A stretch of 64,000 bases of DNA, taken from assembly GCA_963728565.1 (NCBI GenBank), contig CAVSLC010000019.1, positions 160,001 to 224,000 on the forward strand, written 5' to 3'. Positions 33,490 through 43,310 of the stretch are shown piece after piece. Position numbers and translations under genes: made by a program. The notes below the pieces were generated by a model, which was not told the origin of the DNA, did not search any database, and saw nothing but the letters and a program-made list of their open reading frames with translations. The first letter of the stretch is position 1, and every line of letters begins with the position of its first letter. This DNA is from an uncultured delta proteobacterium (GTDB lineage Bacteria; Desulfobacterota; Binatia; UBA9968).

Positions 33490-33832
33490 TCTTGCCGGCG
33501 TGGCGGAGCGTTGCCCGCAGAGCATCTGCCGCGGTTGAGGTAAATATCAATTTCTGTTTGTAAGGTAGCGCTACAGCATACAGGATCGATAAAAGAAACT
33601 GCCTGCCGGCTGGCCGCTGATGAACATGCGCGATGAGATGCAGCGTTATCGAATCCAGCGTTTAGCGATATCCAACTAGCGTTGCAAGTTTCTTTATTCC
33701 GTTTTGCAAAACCTTCGATTGACTAATCACCCACGCCTCTGTTATTCCGGCAACAGATTCCGCGGCTGAGATTTTTCACAGCTTTGCTGGCGTATTCCTA
33801 TTCGAAACTTGAATTTGAAGGTGGTCACCCGC

Positions 33833-34843
33833 ATGTGGCGTTTTTTCACTCGAATCTTTTCGATTGTTTGTGTTTTTGCGATCCAACCTGATGCCGGCTT
33901 CAGCCAAACCCGCCCCAAAGTTGTCGTCGGCTATGCATCGATGAGTACCGTGGCAACGACGCTTTGGGTGGCGCAGGAGCGGGGGTTCTTTGCGAAAAAC
34001 GGTCTCGATGTGCAGGCGATTTTTATCCCTGGATCGCCGACCTTGATTGCCTCGCTTAATACCGGCGACGTGCACTTCGGTTATACTGGCGGAACAGCGA
34101 CCTTGGGCGCCGCGGTGGGCGGCCTCGATATCAAAATGATCGCCGCCTTTGCCAATCACGTTCAAACCGATCTCGTAGTGCGGCCGGAGATCAAAACACC
34201 CGCCGATTTGCGGGGCAAGCGGATCGGCGTCACCAGCATCGGCGGCACCGGCTGGATGTCGGCGATGCTCGGACTCGAACAGATCGGTTTGAACCCTGAC
34301 CGCGATAAAATCTTGCTTGCCGCTTTCGGCGATCAGCGGGTGATCACCCAGGCGCTTGAGACGGGCACGATTCAGGGCGCGTCCCTGGCCGGCGTTTTCG
34401 GCCAACGTTTGAAACGCGCCGGCTATCATTTCATGGGCGACCTGGAAAAAATTCCGCTGGTCGGCACCAGCATTGTGGTCAAATCGGACTATCTGGCGAA
34501 GCAGCAGTCGATTGCGCGTAATACTCTAAAAGCGATGATCGAGAGCCATGCTTTTGTTCACAATCCCGCGAACAAGGCCGCGGTTATCGAAATCACCTCG
34601 AAAAAGCTGGGCATCACCGATCCGGTTGCGGCTAACGACGGCTATGAAGATTACCTGCGGCGCACCGATCGGAAAGCCTCTATCTCCATCGAAGGCGTGA
34701 AAAATATTCAGCGCTTCATGAAGTTACGCAATCCCAAGATCGCAGATGTCAATCTCGAGCGTTTGATCGACGAAAGTCTTTTACGCGAGCTCGAGAAAAG
34801 CGGCTTGATGGAGCAGTCGTCCCGGGGGGAAACGGTTCGCTGA
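33833..34843 (+). CDS. ABC transporter substrate-binding protein (NMT1/SsuA-like)
   Basis: Signal peptide, WVAQERGFFAKNGL, DLRGKRIGVTSIGG, LRELEKSG. Confidence 0.88.
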   Translation: MWRFFTRIFSIVCVFAIQPDAGFSQTRPKVVVGYASMSTVATTLWVAQERGFFAKNGLDVQAIFIPGSPTLIASLNTGDVHFGYTGGTATLGAAVGGLDIKMIAAFANHVQTDLVVRPEIKTPADLRGKRIGVTSIGGTGWMSAMLGLEQIGLNPDRDKILLAAFGDQRVITQALETGTIQGASLAGVFGQRLKRAGYHFMGDLEKIPLVGTSIVVKSDYLAKQQSIARNTLKAMIESHAFVHNPANKAAVIEITSKKLGITDPVAANDGYEDYLRRTDRKASISIEGVKNIQRFMKLRNPKIADVNLERLIDESLLRELEKSGLMEQSSRGETVR

Positions 34844-34887
34844 CAAATAATTAATTCCACTTAGATTCGCAAAAGGAGGAAGCAATT

Positions 34888-35980
34888 ATGGCGATTGATG
34901 GAATGAAAGTGATCGATCTCGACAGCCACCTGGTGGGTGACTTGGAGAGTTGGGATCAAACAGTCGAAGCAAAATACAAAGAGTTCTTGCCGCGTAAACT
35001 GCCGACCAAAGACAACGAAAGGCGCAAGACTCTCGTCGGCAATCAGATCATGATCGGCTCCGAGCTCGGCCGCCAGAAGGCGGAGAAAAAAGAGTGGGTC
35101 ACCCCGAATGATCTGACGGCGCACGGGCGGGTTCGCAACATGGATCTTGACGGCATCGATGTCGCCGTACTTTCGCCCAATTCGCCGGCGCTCGATATTC
35201 TGTGGTTTGTCGATGATCCGGAGTTGGCGGCCGCTTATGCCCGGGCGCAGAATAATTACATGAACTACTACGCTTCGCAGCAACCGGGGCGGCTGATGTG
35301 GGCCGGCGTGATTCCTCTTCAGGATCCTAAGGAGGCAATCAAGGAACTGCACCGGTCGCGCGAAATGGGCAGCAAAGCGCTCAATGTAAAAGCCACTCCG
35401 ATTCCCGGCAAGGAGTGGTGGGATCCGCACTTCGATCCGATCTTCGACGAGCTGGAAAAAACCAACACGCCGATTATTTTCCATGATACCAAGACCGGTT
35501 CCATGGGCCACGAGCGCTTCGCTGACAATTTTTTCTTCTCGCACATGGTCGGTCGCACCATTGAAAGCATGGTCTGTTTAATGATCTATCTTTGCGGCGG
35601 CGTGATGGAAAAACACCCGGATCTGAAAATCATTTGCCTCGAAACCGGCGCGTCGCAGATGCCATGGTGGTTATCGCGGATGGATGAGCATTGGGAGAAG
35701 CTGCCGCACTTGGTTCCTTGGCAGAAGCGCAAGCCCAGTGATATTTTTAATGAGAGTGTCTATGTCGGTTGCGAGCCATTCGAAGACGGGTTGTTTGAAT
35801 GGGCGGTTGAATATCTCGGCGGCGATCGGCTTGTGCTTGGCAACCGATTCTCCTCATTGGGATTCGTCACAGCCGGGGCAGGTGACCGGTCCGGTGGCAA
35901 AGAGCACCAAGATTTCCCAAGATAACAAGCGCAAGGTCTTGGGCGAAAACGCCATCAATTTATTGGGGCTCGGCCTTTGA
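34888..35980 (+). CDS. Amidohydrolase_2 family protein; frameshift near 35840
   Basis: IDLDSH, MDLDGIDVAVL, FDPIF...IFH, LETGA, (L)ATDSPHWD, VLGENA; AGGAGG RBS. Confidence 0.88.
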
Positions 35981-36074
35981 CGAGCCGTCTTATCACATAA
36001 TCGGCGCGACTTACCGGCGCGATGAGGCGCAGAAGCTAAAGCGGTGAAGCGCATCCGTAAAGAAAGGAGACTGC

Positions 36075-37088
36075 ATGACTAGGTGGCTAATCGCTGTTGT
36101 CGTGATCTTTGGTTTCCTGGGTGCTCCAGGCCAATTTTATGCCGCAGCGGCAGGCAAGCAGGTGGTTATCGCTCATGCGGCGATGAACGCGCGAGTCGCG
36201 CCTCTCTGGGTTGCCCGCGAGCGCGGCTTTTTTGCCAAGTACGGCGTCGAAGCGGATACCATCTTCGTACGCGGCGCGCCGACTCTGGTGGCAGCCATGC
36301 AGTCGAACGAGATTGACGTCGGCTACACCGGAGGCACGGCTGTGGTGGGGGCGGTCGCCAATGGCGCCGATCTGAAGGTTCTTTCAGCGTTCACCAATCG
36401 CATCACTTACGATTTGATGGTGAAGCCCGGGATCAAACGACCGGAGGATTTACGCGGTAAGATATTCGGCATTCAAAGTATCGGCGGCACCGTTTGGATG
36501 GGAGCCATTCTGGCCTTGGAGCACTTAAAATTGGACGCCGAGCGTGACAAGATCAATATCATCGCTGTCGGCGATCAGAATGTACTGGCGCAAGCGCTGG
36601 AAACAGGCACTATCGACGCGACGGTGTTGGACGGTGTGCAAAGCCGTCGTCTGAACGCTCTGGGTTTTCCGACGCTCGCCGATTTAAATAAAGCGAATCT
36701 GCCGATCCTAAGCTCCGGCTTCGTCATGCGAGAGCCCAATTTGCAGAAAAACCCACAGCTGGCGGAAAATCTGATGAAGGCGGTCATCGAAGGGGCTGCG
36801 TTTTCGCTATCGATGTCGCAGAAACCCAGCACACTAAAAATTTTGCAAAAGTATCTTCGAATCACTGAAAAGGACGCCGAAGAAGGCTATCGAGATCTGG
36901 TTTCGGGCACGGACAAGAAACCCTATGCTGCACCGGCGGGTGTCACCAATGTCGTTCGATTGATGAAACGAAGTAATCCAAAGGTTGAAAAAGTGAAACC
37001 GGAACAACTGATCGATGACCGGATTTTGAAAAAACTCGATCAGAGCGGTTTTATCGACGAGGTGCTGGCCAAATACGGAGTGAAATGA
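36075..37088 (+). CDS. ABC transporter substrate-binding protein (NMT1/SsuA-like)
   Basis: Signal peptide, WVARERGFFAKYG, DLRGKIFGIQSIGG; clear paralogue of 33833-34843. Confidence 0.9.
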   Translation: MTRWLIAVVVIFGFLGAPGQFYAAAAGKQVVIAHAAMNARVAPLWVARERGFFAKYGVEADTIFVRGAPTLVAAMQSNEIDVGYTGGTAVVGAVANGADLKVLSAFTNRITYDLMVKPGIKRPEDLRGKIFGIQSIGGTVWMGAILALEHLKLDAERDKINIIAVGDQNVLAQALETGTIDATVLDGVQSRRLNALGFPTLADLNKANLPILSSGFVMREPNLQKNPQLAENLMKAVIEGAAFSLSMSQKPSTLKILQKYLRITEKDAEEGYRDLVSGTDKKPYAAPAGVTNVVRLMKRSNPKVEKVKPEQLIDDRILKKLDQSGFIDEVLAKYGVK

Positions 37089-37090
37089 TT

Positions 37091-37235
37091 GAGCAGGTGG
37101 AAATTTCCCATCTGCTTCGTTGCGCTTGCTTCGCCTTGGAATCGTGCCCGTGGGACGTATTCGATTCGTTCGGAATCTCGTCACGTTCGGCGAAGTCAGG
37201 CTCGCGCCTCGCATCTGGAATGTTTTGACTTGCTC
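37091..37235. repeat. MITE-like palindromic element, related copy 2
   Basis: Imperfect terminal inverted repeats gagcaggtggaaa / ttttgacttgctc; shares tcgttgcgcttgct and cgcgcctcgcatctg with 7226-7351. Confidence 0.65.
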
Positions 37236-37269
37236 GTGAATGCAGATAGAACAAAGGAGTAGTAAAACA

Positions 37270-38405
37270 ATGTATATCGACGGTGATACTCATTACTGGC
37301 CATTGCGATTTATCGATAAGAGTTTCGCATCCGGGAAAAGGGCATGTCGAAATTACCGATGATACCGGCGACTATCTTCGTTACGGGCATGCAGTGCCGG
37401 GCAAAGTCGCAACTTATTATCGCGACGGCAAAAAGATTCATTCGTTCAAAGAGGGTCGCTGGAGCATCCCGCTGCGCGCTGAGTTCATGAAAAAGGACGG
37501 TTTTGATATCCAGGTTTTGATTCCCGATAATCGGCCATTGATCTACGAGTGCGATGCCGAGCTCGGTCGGCAGTTGGCGCGAGCGTATAACGATACCGTT
37601 GCCGAAGATATTCAAGGCGACGACCGGTTCATCGGCGTTGCCTGGATTTATTTGCCGGACATCAAGGAGTCCGTTAAAGAGCTGCGTCGCGCGGTGAAAG
37701 ATCTCGGGCTTAAGGCGGTAAAGCTCAACGGCGGCTGGGGCGACGGTGATCTCGACAATGAGGTCTTATGGCCGCTTTACGAAGAGATCGCCGATCTCGA
37801 CATACCGATACTACTTCATCCGGCAGCCCGGGTATTCGAGTTGCAGCATAGCCATCCCTGGCTTGTCGGCAGCGAGCGGTTTCAGGGGTATCAACACTTT
37901 CCCACTGCGTTGGGATTTTCATTGACCTACATGGTTAGCGCTTCACGTTTGATATTTGGCGGAGTACTGGATCGCTTTCCGACGCTTGAAGTTTGCTTTT
38001 TTTGAAGGGGGCATCGGCTGGGTGCCGTGGTTGATGCACACACTAAACGCCCATACTCCAAACGAAGCGGGCGTCTCGGTCGCCGTGCAACAGTTCTTCG
38101 AAGGCAAACAGGCGATCAAGAAACTACCGAGCGAGTACTTCAACCAATTTTACATCGCGGCGGTATCTTGGGAATCCTACTTAGCCGAGACGATCAAAGG
38201 TTGGCCTAATCATAACATTATCATCGGCAGCGATTTTGATCATGGCGATGCCGTCGCCACTTGGCCGAAAACGGTTGAAGTGATCAAGGGAATGAAAGAG
38301 TTATCGGAGCAGGACAAGGAACGAGTTCTCGGTGGCAATGCGATGCGCTTATTTGGCATGAATGGCAATGGCGCGCGGCGACAAGCGGCTCAGGCTCGTA
38401 ACTAG
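37270..38405 (+). CDS. Amidohydrolase_2 family protein (ACMSD-like fold); frameshifts near 37320 and 37990
   Basis: AGGAG RBS, MYIDGDTHYW start, ARAYND, LWPLYE...LLHP, GVLDRFPTL/KFAFFEGGIGW, GSDFDH, LGGNA. Confidence 0.85.
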
Positions 38406-38582
38406 ATTCGGTTTTTGTCACCGAGGCTTTTGGAGATCAATTATCCTGGCTCATCCGGTCGTCTGTTAGACGACTTTTCAACTGCTGACATATCGAATTG
38501 CGGTTCTATGGCTCGGTGATCCTAACGCCTTGACGAGCACTGTTCGTGAGCTCGCGGAGACACTCGCTCTAAAGCGCCTGAA

Positions 38583-38630
38583 TTGACAATGAAGAGGGCA
38601 TTGGATAATGATTTTGCATAAAATATTTCA
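38583..38630 (+). promoter_or_regulatory. Putative promoter/operator upstream of the UbiD gene
   Basis: TTGACA followed by GATAAT at a short 15-nt spacer, then the near-palindrome ATTTTGCATAAAAT. Confidence 0.35.
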
Positions 38631-38652
38631 TACATTCGTGTAGGAGGAGTCG

Positions 38653-40098
38653 ATGGCGAAGGATCTTAGGACGTTTATTGCAGATTGCCAGCGTGAGTTA
38701 CCTGGCGAGGTGATTCACATCAAAAAAGAAGTAAATCCAGCAAACTATGATGTCACGGCGATCATCAAGCATCTCGGCGCGCAAAAGAAATTTCCGATTA
38801 TCATTTTTGACAATCCGCTGAATCTCAACGGCAAAGTTGGTCCGATAAAGCTTACGATGAACTGTGAGATTTCTCAGGGAAAGACCCAGATCGCTTTAGG
38901 CATGCCCAAGACTGCGAGCCGGCCGCAGATGGCTGAAAAATGTCTGGAGATGGAAGAACATCGAATTCCTCCCAGCATCGTCGACAAAAAACAGGCTCCG
39001 GTAAAAGAAAACATCATGGTGGGTAAGGACGTTGATCTTTATCAGATTCCGATTATGAGACACCACGAGATGGACGGCGGGCCTTATATTGTTCTGTCGA
39101 CGATCACCAAAGACCGGAAGTCAGGAATTTATAACTGTTCGTATCACCGCATGGAGGTCAAATCCAAGAATTCCACCGCTCTGTATGCGTCGCCGCGCCA
39201 TTTGTGGAAAATCTACAAGGATTACGAGGAGAACAACATGGAGATGCCGGTGGCGACGGTGCTTGGCCATCATCCGGCGTATCACATGGGCGCATGCTAC
39301 AGCGGGCCGTTCGAAGTGAGCGAGTATGATGTTATCGGCGGCTATCTCGGCGAACCCTTGCGGCTGGTTGCTTCGGAAACCTTCGGCGAGGATTTGCTCA
39401 TTCCAGCCGATGCCGAAATCGTAATCGAAGGCGTATTGAAGCCGGGCAAGCGGGTCGTCGAAGGTCCGTTCGGCGAAGCGCCCGGCTATCTAGGCCCGCA
39501 GCGTTATACTACTTGCGTGGACTATGAAGTCCGCGCCATCAATTATCGTAACGGCGCGATGTACCAGTCGGTCATCACACCGGAAGGCGATAAGCCGTGG
39601 ATGGATTTGCCGCGCGAGGGCGCTTATCTGCGTCGTTGCCGCGAAGCCGTTCCCGGTGTAACCGCGGTCTGTAAGCAGGGCCGGCACGCGCACTACAATG
39701 TGTTCATTTCCATGAATAAAATGTCGGAGGGCGATCCGGGTCGCGCCGCCGCCGCTGCTCTGACGTTCGACCATACCAAAAACGTGTTCGTGTTCGACGA
39801 CGATATCGACGTTTTCAACCCTACGGATATTCTTTGGGCTTTTGCCACCCGTGTACAGCCGCACAAGCAGATAAGCATCCTGCAGCCATTGTTCCGCGGC
39901 AATTTCCTGGATCCTTCCTTGTTGGACGAGATCAAAACCTCAGGCATGATCGTCGATGCGACCAAGCCGCTGGACCGGCCGTTCTCGCCGGTATCGAAAT
40001 GTCCCGACGAAGCCATGGCCCGCATCAAGCTGGAGGAATACGTGCCCGGAGAAGTCTTGCAGCATATCCCGATGGATCGGACGACTTACTGGGCATAA
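38653..40098 (+). CDS. UbiD-family prFMN-dependent (de)carboxylase
   Basis: DLRTFI, DGGPY, YNCSYHRM, PADAEIVIEG, EGPFGE catalytic motif, DDDIDVF, WAFATRVQP, IVDATKP. Confidence 0.93.
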   Translation: MAKDLRTFIADCQRELPGEVIHIKKEVNPANYDVTAIIKHLGAQKKFPIIIFDNPLNLNGKVGPIKLTMNCEISQGKTQIALGMPKTASRPQMAEKCLEMEEHRIPPSIVDKKQAPVKENIMVGKDVDLYQIPIMRHHEMDGGPYIVLSTITKDRKSGIYNCSYHRMEVKSKNSTALYASPRHLWKIYKDYEENNMEMPVATVLGHHPAYHMGACYSGPFEVSEYDVIGGYLGEPLRLVASETFGEDLLIPADAEIVIEGVLKPGKRVVEGPFGEAPGYLGPQRYTTCVDYEVRAINYRNGAMYQSVITPEGDKPWMDLPREGAYLRRCREAVPGVTAVCKQGRHAHYNVFISMNKMSEGDPGRAAAAALTFDHTKNVFVFDDDIDVFNPTDILWAFATRVQPHKQISILQPLFRGNFLDPSLLDEIKTSGMIVDATKPLDRPFSPVSKCPDEAMARIKLEEYVPGEVLQHIPMDRTTYWA

Positions 40099-40140
40099 TC
40101 GAGTATCTAAGAAAATTATCCAGCTTTTTGAGGAGGAATC

Positions 40141-40287
40141 ATGGGCCAGGCGGTTGAAGTGACTTGTCCGACGTGTAAGAAAACCTTTGTTGTCAATCCG
40201 CACATGCTGGGATCCGGTATGAACTTCCATTGTCCGTACTGCGATCTGTATTTTCCGGAAAAAGATAGTCCAAAAATCCGCAAGTGA
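40141..40287 (+). CDS. 48-aa zinc-ribbon protein (not in ORF track)
   Basis: GAGGAGG RBS; MGQAVEVTCPTCKKTFVVNPHMLGSGMNFHCPYCDLYFPEKDSPKIRK* with two CxxC. Confidence 0.85.
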   Translation: MGQAVEVTCPTCKKTFVVNPHMLGSGMNFHCPYCDLYFPEKDSPKIRK

Positions 40288-40337
40288 TATTGGGGCTACG
40301 GTGTATCAACACCGTGGCTCGCTGTTTAATTCCGATC

Positions 40338-42677
40338 ATGAACTACACGCGAACCTTTACTATCGCCGGTACGGACGCGCACCGAGTCGACGGTATCGAG
40401 AAGGTGACGGGCAAGGCCGTCTATACCGGAGACATTCAGCTTCCGGGGATGGGTTACGCCAAGATACTTCGCAGCCCGGTGGCGCATGCTCGCTTGCTCA
40501 AGGTCGATGCCGCTAAGGCGAAAGAACTGCCAGGGGTGATCGCCACGCTGACTCGCGACGATATTAAAGAATTTAATTACAAATACGGCGCAACCTACAA
40601 AGATCAGTCGATCGTCGCTGTGGACAAGGTCAGATACGTCGGCGATCCGGTTGCCGCGGTCATGGCCGAGGATCCGTCGATTGCCGAAGCCGCTTTGGAT
40701 CTTATCGAAGTAGAGTACGAAGAGCTGCCCAAGGTAACCGACATCGAGGAAGCGACAGCGCCGGGGGCTATTCAGGTGCATGAAGGCGATGTGGCGCGCG
40801 CGGAACTGCGCGGCTCGACGTATGGAGCGCCACCGAGATTCAACGGCACCAACATTTGCTACTACCTTGGCTTCGGCAGGGGCGATGTCGATAAAGCCTT
40901 CGCTCAGGCCGATCACGTTTTCGAAGACACCTTTCGCTTTCAAAAGGTACAACATTACTCTCTGGAAGCGCACATCAATATCGCCAGCTACGACGGCGAA
41001 AAGCTGACAGTGTGGGCTTCGTGCCAGGATCCCTTCACCTTGCGCGATCATTTGTCGGGAATCTTTCGTCTGCCGCTTAGCCGTATCCGCGTCATCGTTC
41101 CGTACGTCGGCGGCGGATATGGCGGCAAATTGTATGTCAAAGCCGAGCCTATTGCCGCGGCCTTGACCTGGAAGACTCGGCGGCCGGTAAAGCTCGCGCT
41201 CTCGGTGAATGAAAGTTTTAAAACCGTAACGCGACATCCGGCGCGCGTCACTGTCAAAACTGCGGTAAGCAAAGAGGGTCTACTGGTCGCGAGAGAGTGC
41301 CAGATTTATATGGACACCGGCGCTTATGCCGATGCCGGGCCGCGGGTTACTCAAAAGGCCGGTTATCGTTCACTCGGTCCTTATAAAATTCCCCACGCCA
41401 AAGTCGAAGCTCATGGAGTTTACACCAACACCGTTCCGGCAGGCGCTTTCCGCGGTTTTGGCGCGTTGCAGGTTACTTGGGCGTATGAATCACAAATGGA
41501 TATGATGGCCGACCGGCTGGGTATCGATCCCCTCGAGTTTCGCTTGAAGAATCTGCTCAAGAAGGGCGATCTCTATACTGCCGGCGACACGCCGGTGGAT
41601 TGCGATCTGGAGGAAGGACTGCGCAAAGTCGCCGAAACCATCAAGTGGCAGGAGCGCGACACCCAACCCAATCGAGCCAAAGGCCTCAGCTGCTGCATCA
41701 AGGATGGGGGCGGCACTTATAAAGTCGCCGGCGCGACCGTTAAGATGTCGTCCGACGGCAGCGTCGTGCTGTTAACCGGCACCGTTGAAGTCGGACAGGG
41801 CCCGCGCACCGCCTTGAGCCAGGTGGTCGCGGAGGAGCTCGGCCTCAGCCTCGACCAGATTACGGTTGCCCAACTCGATACCGATGTGACTCCTTACGAC
41901 ATCTCCACCAGTGCGAGTAGCTCGATGGTGGTGATGGGCCTGGCGGTGCAGCGCGCCGCGCAGGATGCCAAACGCCAACTTTTTCAATGCGCCGGCAAAG
42001 TTCTCAAACAGAAACCTGAGGATCTGTTTATTCAGAACGGCGAGATCCACTCGCAAAACGGTCAAAGCATTAGCTATAGCAAGGTGATCGTCGATTTCTT
42101 CGGCAGCAAAGCCGGAGAGATCATCGCCAAAGGGTTGTATAAAGACAAACGAAGCAAAAAGGCGGTCTTGGGGTCCACGGCGACGTTTTGGGAAGTAGGC
42201 TGGGGCGGCGTTGATCTCGAGGTAGATCCCGAAACCGGCGTCGTTCGCCTGCTCAACTATGTTTCCGTTTGCGACACAGGCAAGGCGATCAACCCCGATC
42301 AGTGCATCGGCCAGGACGAAGGCGCCGTAATGTTCGGCATTGGCCACTCGTTGATGGAAGAGATGGTTTACGAAGATGGTCAGTTGTTGAATGGTAATCT
42401 GGTGGATTATCGGGTGCCGACCTTCCGCGATCTGCCCGATGGTTTGCATACTATCCTGCTTGAGAATGGCAACGGGCCCGGACCGTTCGGATCAAAGGGC
42501 ATTGGCGAGGGCGGCTTGCTGCCGGTGGCGTCGGCGATTGCCAATGCGGTTTCGCGCGCGGTGGGCGTGAGAATTCAGGATTTGCCGTTAACGCCGCCAA
42601 AGGTCTGGCGCGCTTTGCGAGCTAAAGCGGAAGAACAAACGAAGGATCAAGCCGAAGCTAGATTGAAAACCGGGTGA
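40338..42677 (+). CDS. Xanthine dehydrogenase family molybdopterin-binding large subunit
   Basis: KVTGKAVY, RSPVAHAR, GGGYGGK, AGAFRGFG, EVGQG, GPFGSKGIGE, LPLTP. Confidence 0.93.
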   Translation: MNYTRTFTIAGTDAHRVDGIEKVTGKAVYTGDIQLPGMGYAKILRSPVAHARLLKVDAAKAKELPGVIATLTRDDIKEFNYKYGATYKDQSIVAVDKVRYVGDPVAAVMAEDPSIAEAALDLIEVEYEELPKVTDIEEATAPGAIQVHEGDVARAELRGSTYGAPPRFNGTNICYYLGFGRGDVDKAFAQADHVFEDTFRFQKVQHYSLEAHINIASYDGEKLTVWASCQDPFTLRDHLSGIFRLPLSRIRVIVPYVGGGYGGKLYVKAEPIAAALTWKTRRPVKLALSVNESFKTVTRHPARVTVKTAVSKEGLLVARECQIYMDTGAYADAGPRVTQKAGYRSLGPYKIPHAKVEAHGVYTNTVPAGAFRGFGALQVTWAYESQMDMMADRLGIDPLEFRLKNLLKKGDLYTAGDTPVDCDLEEGLRKVAETIKWQERDTQPNRAKGLSCCIKDGGGTYKVAGATVKMSSDGSVVLLTGTVEVGQGPRTALSQVVAEELGLSLDQITVAQLDTDVTPYDISTSASSSMVVMGLAVQRAAQDAKRQLFQCAGKVLKQKPEDLFIQNGEIHSQNGQSISYSKVIVDFFGSKAGEIIAKGLYKDKRSKKAVLGSTATFWEVGWGGVDLEVDPETGVVRLLNYVSVCDTGKAINPDQCIGQDEGAVMFGIGHSLMEEMVYEDGQLLNGNLVDYRVPTFRDLPDGLHTILLENGNGPGPFGSKGIGEGGLLPVASAIANAVSRAVGVRIQDLPLTPPKVWRALRAKAEEQTKDQAEARLKTG

Positions 42678-42746
42678 GTTTCAGAGCCTACCCAGCGTTT
42701 ATCGAATACCAGGCGATCTTTCTTGCAGGTTAGGTTCATCTGAGAA

Positions 42747-43250
42747 CTACAGCTCGAGAACAGCACCGCAGCTTTTACAGGTCGCCAGATTTTTATCGCT
42801 GCGCATCGCCTCGCTCGCTTTTGTCACCGCATCTGAAGGATCCTCGAAGCGCAGCTCGGTCTCATAGAGACTCTTCTGGCATTCTTCGCAAACCCATATA
42901 AAAAGATCCCTTTCGTCGTGAGTGCGCTTCCTTTCAACCACAAACGTCCAGGAACCTTCGCGCCGCCTCGGCGAGTGGGGCACTCTCGCGGGCATAAGAA
43001 AAAGATCGCCGGTGTTGAGTACCGCGAGTTCCGGCTTGCCGTCGCATAAGTAGTGAAGATTGAGTTCGCCTTGGAGTTGATAGAAGATTTCATCACCGGG
43101 GTTGATGTGAAAATCTTTGCGCCGGTTGGGACCGCGGGTAACGAAGGCGATGAAATCCGAATCATTCCAGATCACCCGGCGTTGTCCCCAGTTGTTGCGG
43201 TTTTCGTCGATCCATCGCTGTAAGTTGAAGCCTTTCAGATGGGGGAACAT
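42747..43250 (-). CDS. nbaC: 3-hydroxyanthranilate 3,4-dioxygenase
   Basis: GPNRRKDFHINPGDEIFYQ, VPHSPRR, VVERKR and rubredoxin-like CEEC/CKSC. Confidence 0.88.
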   Translation of the reverse strand: MFPHLKGFNLQRWIDENRNNWGQRRVIWNDSDFIAFVTRGPNRRKDFHINPGDEIFYQLQGELNLHYLCDGKPELAVLNTGDLFLMPARVPHSPRRREGSWTFVVERKRTHDERDLFIWVCEECQKSLYETELRFEDPSDAVTKASEAMRSDKNLATCKSCGAVLEL

Positions 43251-43310
43251 ACAACCTCCTTGGCCGCAGTCGAATATAGAATCGAGGCCAGCCAGGAATC
43301 AAGAGCGACC

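Noticed and set aside
33257-33550. 97-aa minus-strand ORF
   Set aside because: Overlaps the better-supported plus-strand Cys/His micro-protein, which has an RBS
37980-38005. Programmed frameshift near the T run in the amidohydrolase gene
   Set aside because: One of many scattered indels in this part of the window; sequencing error is the simpler explanation
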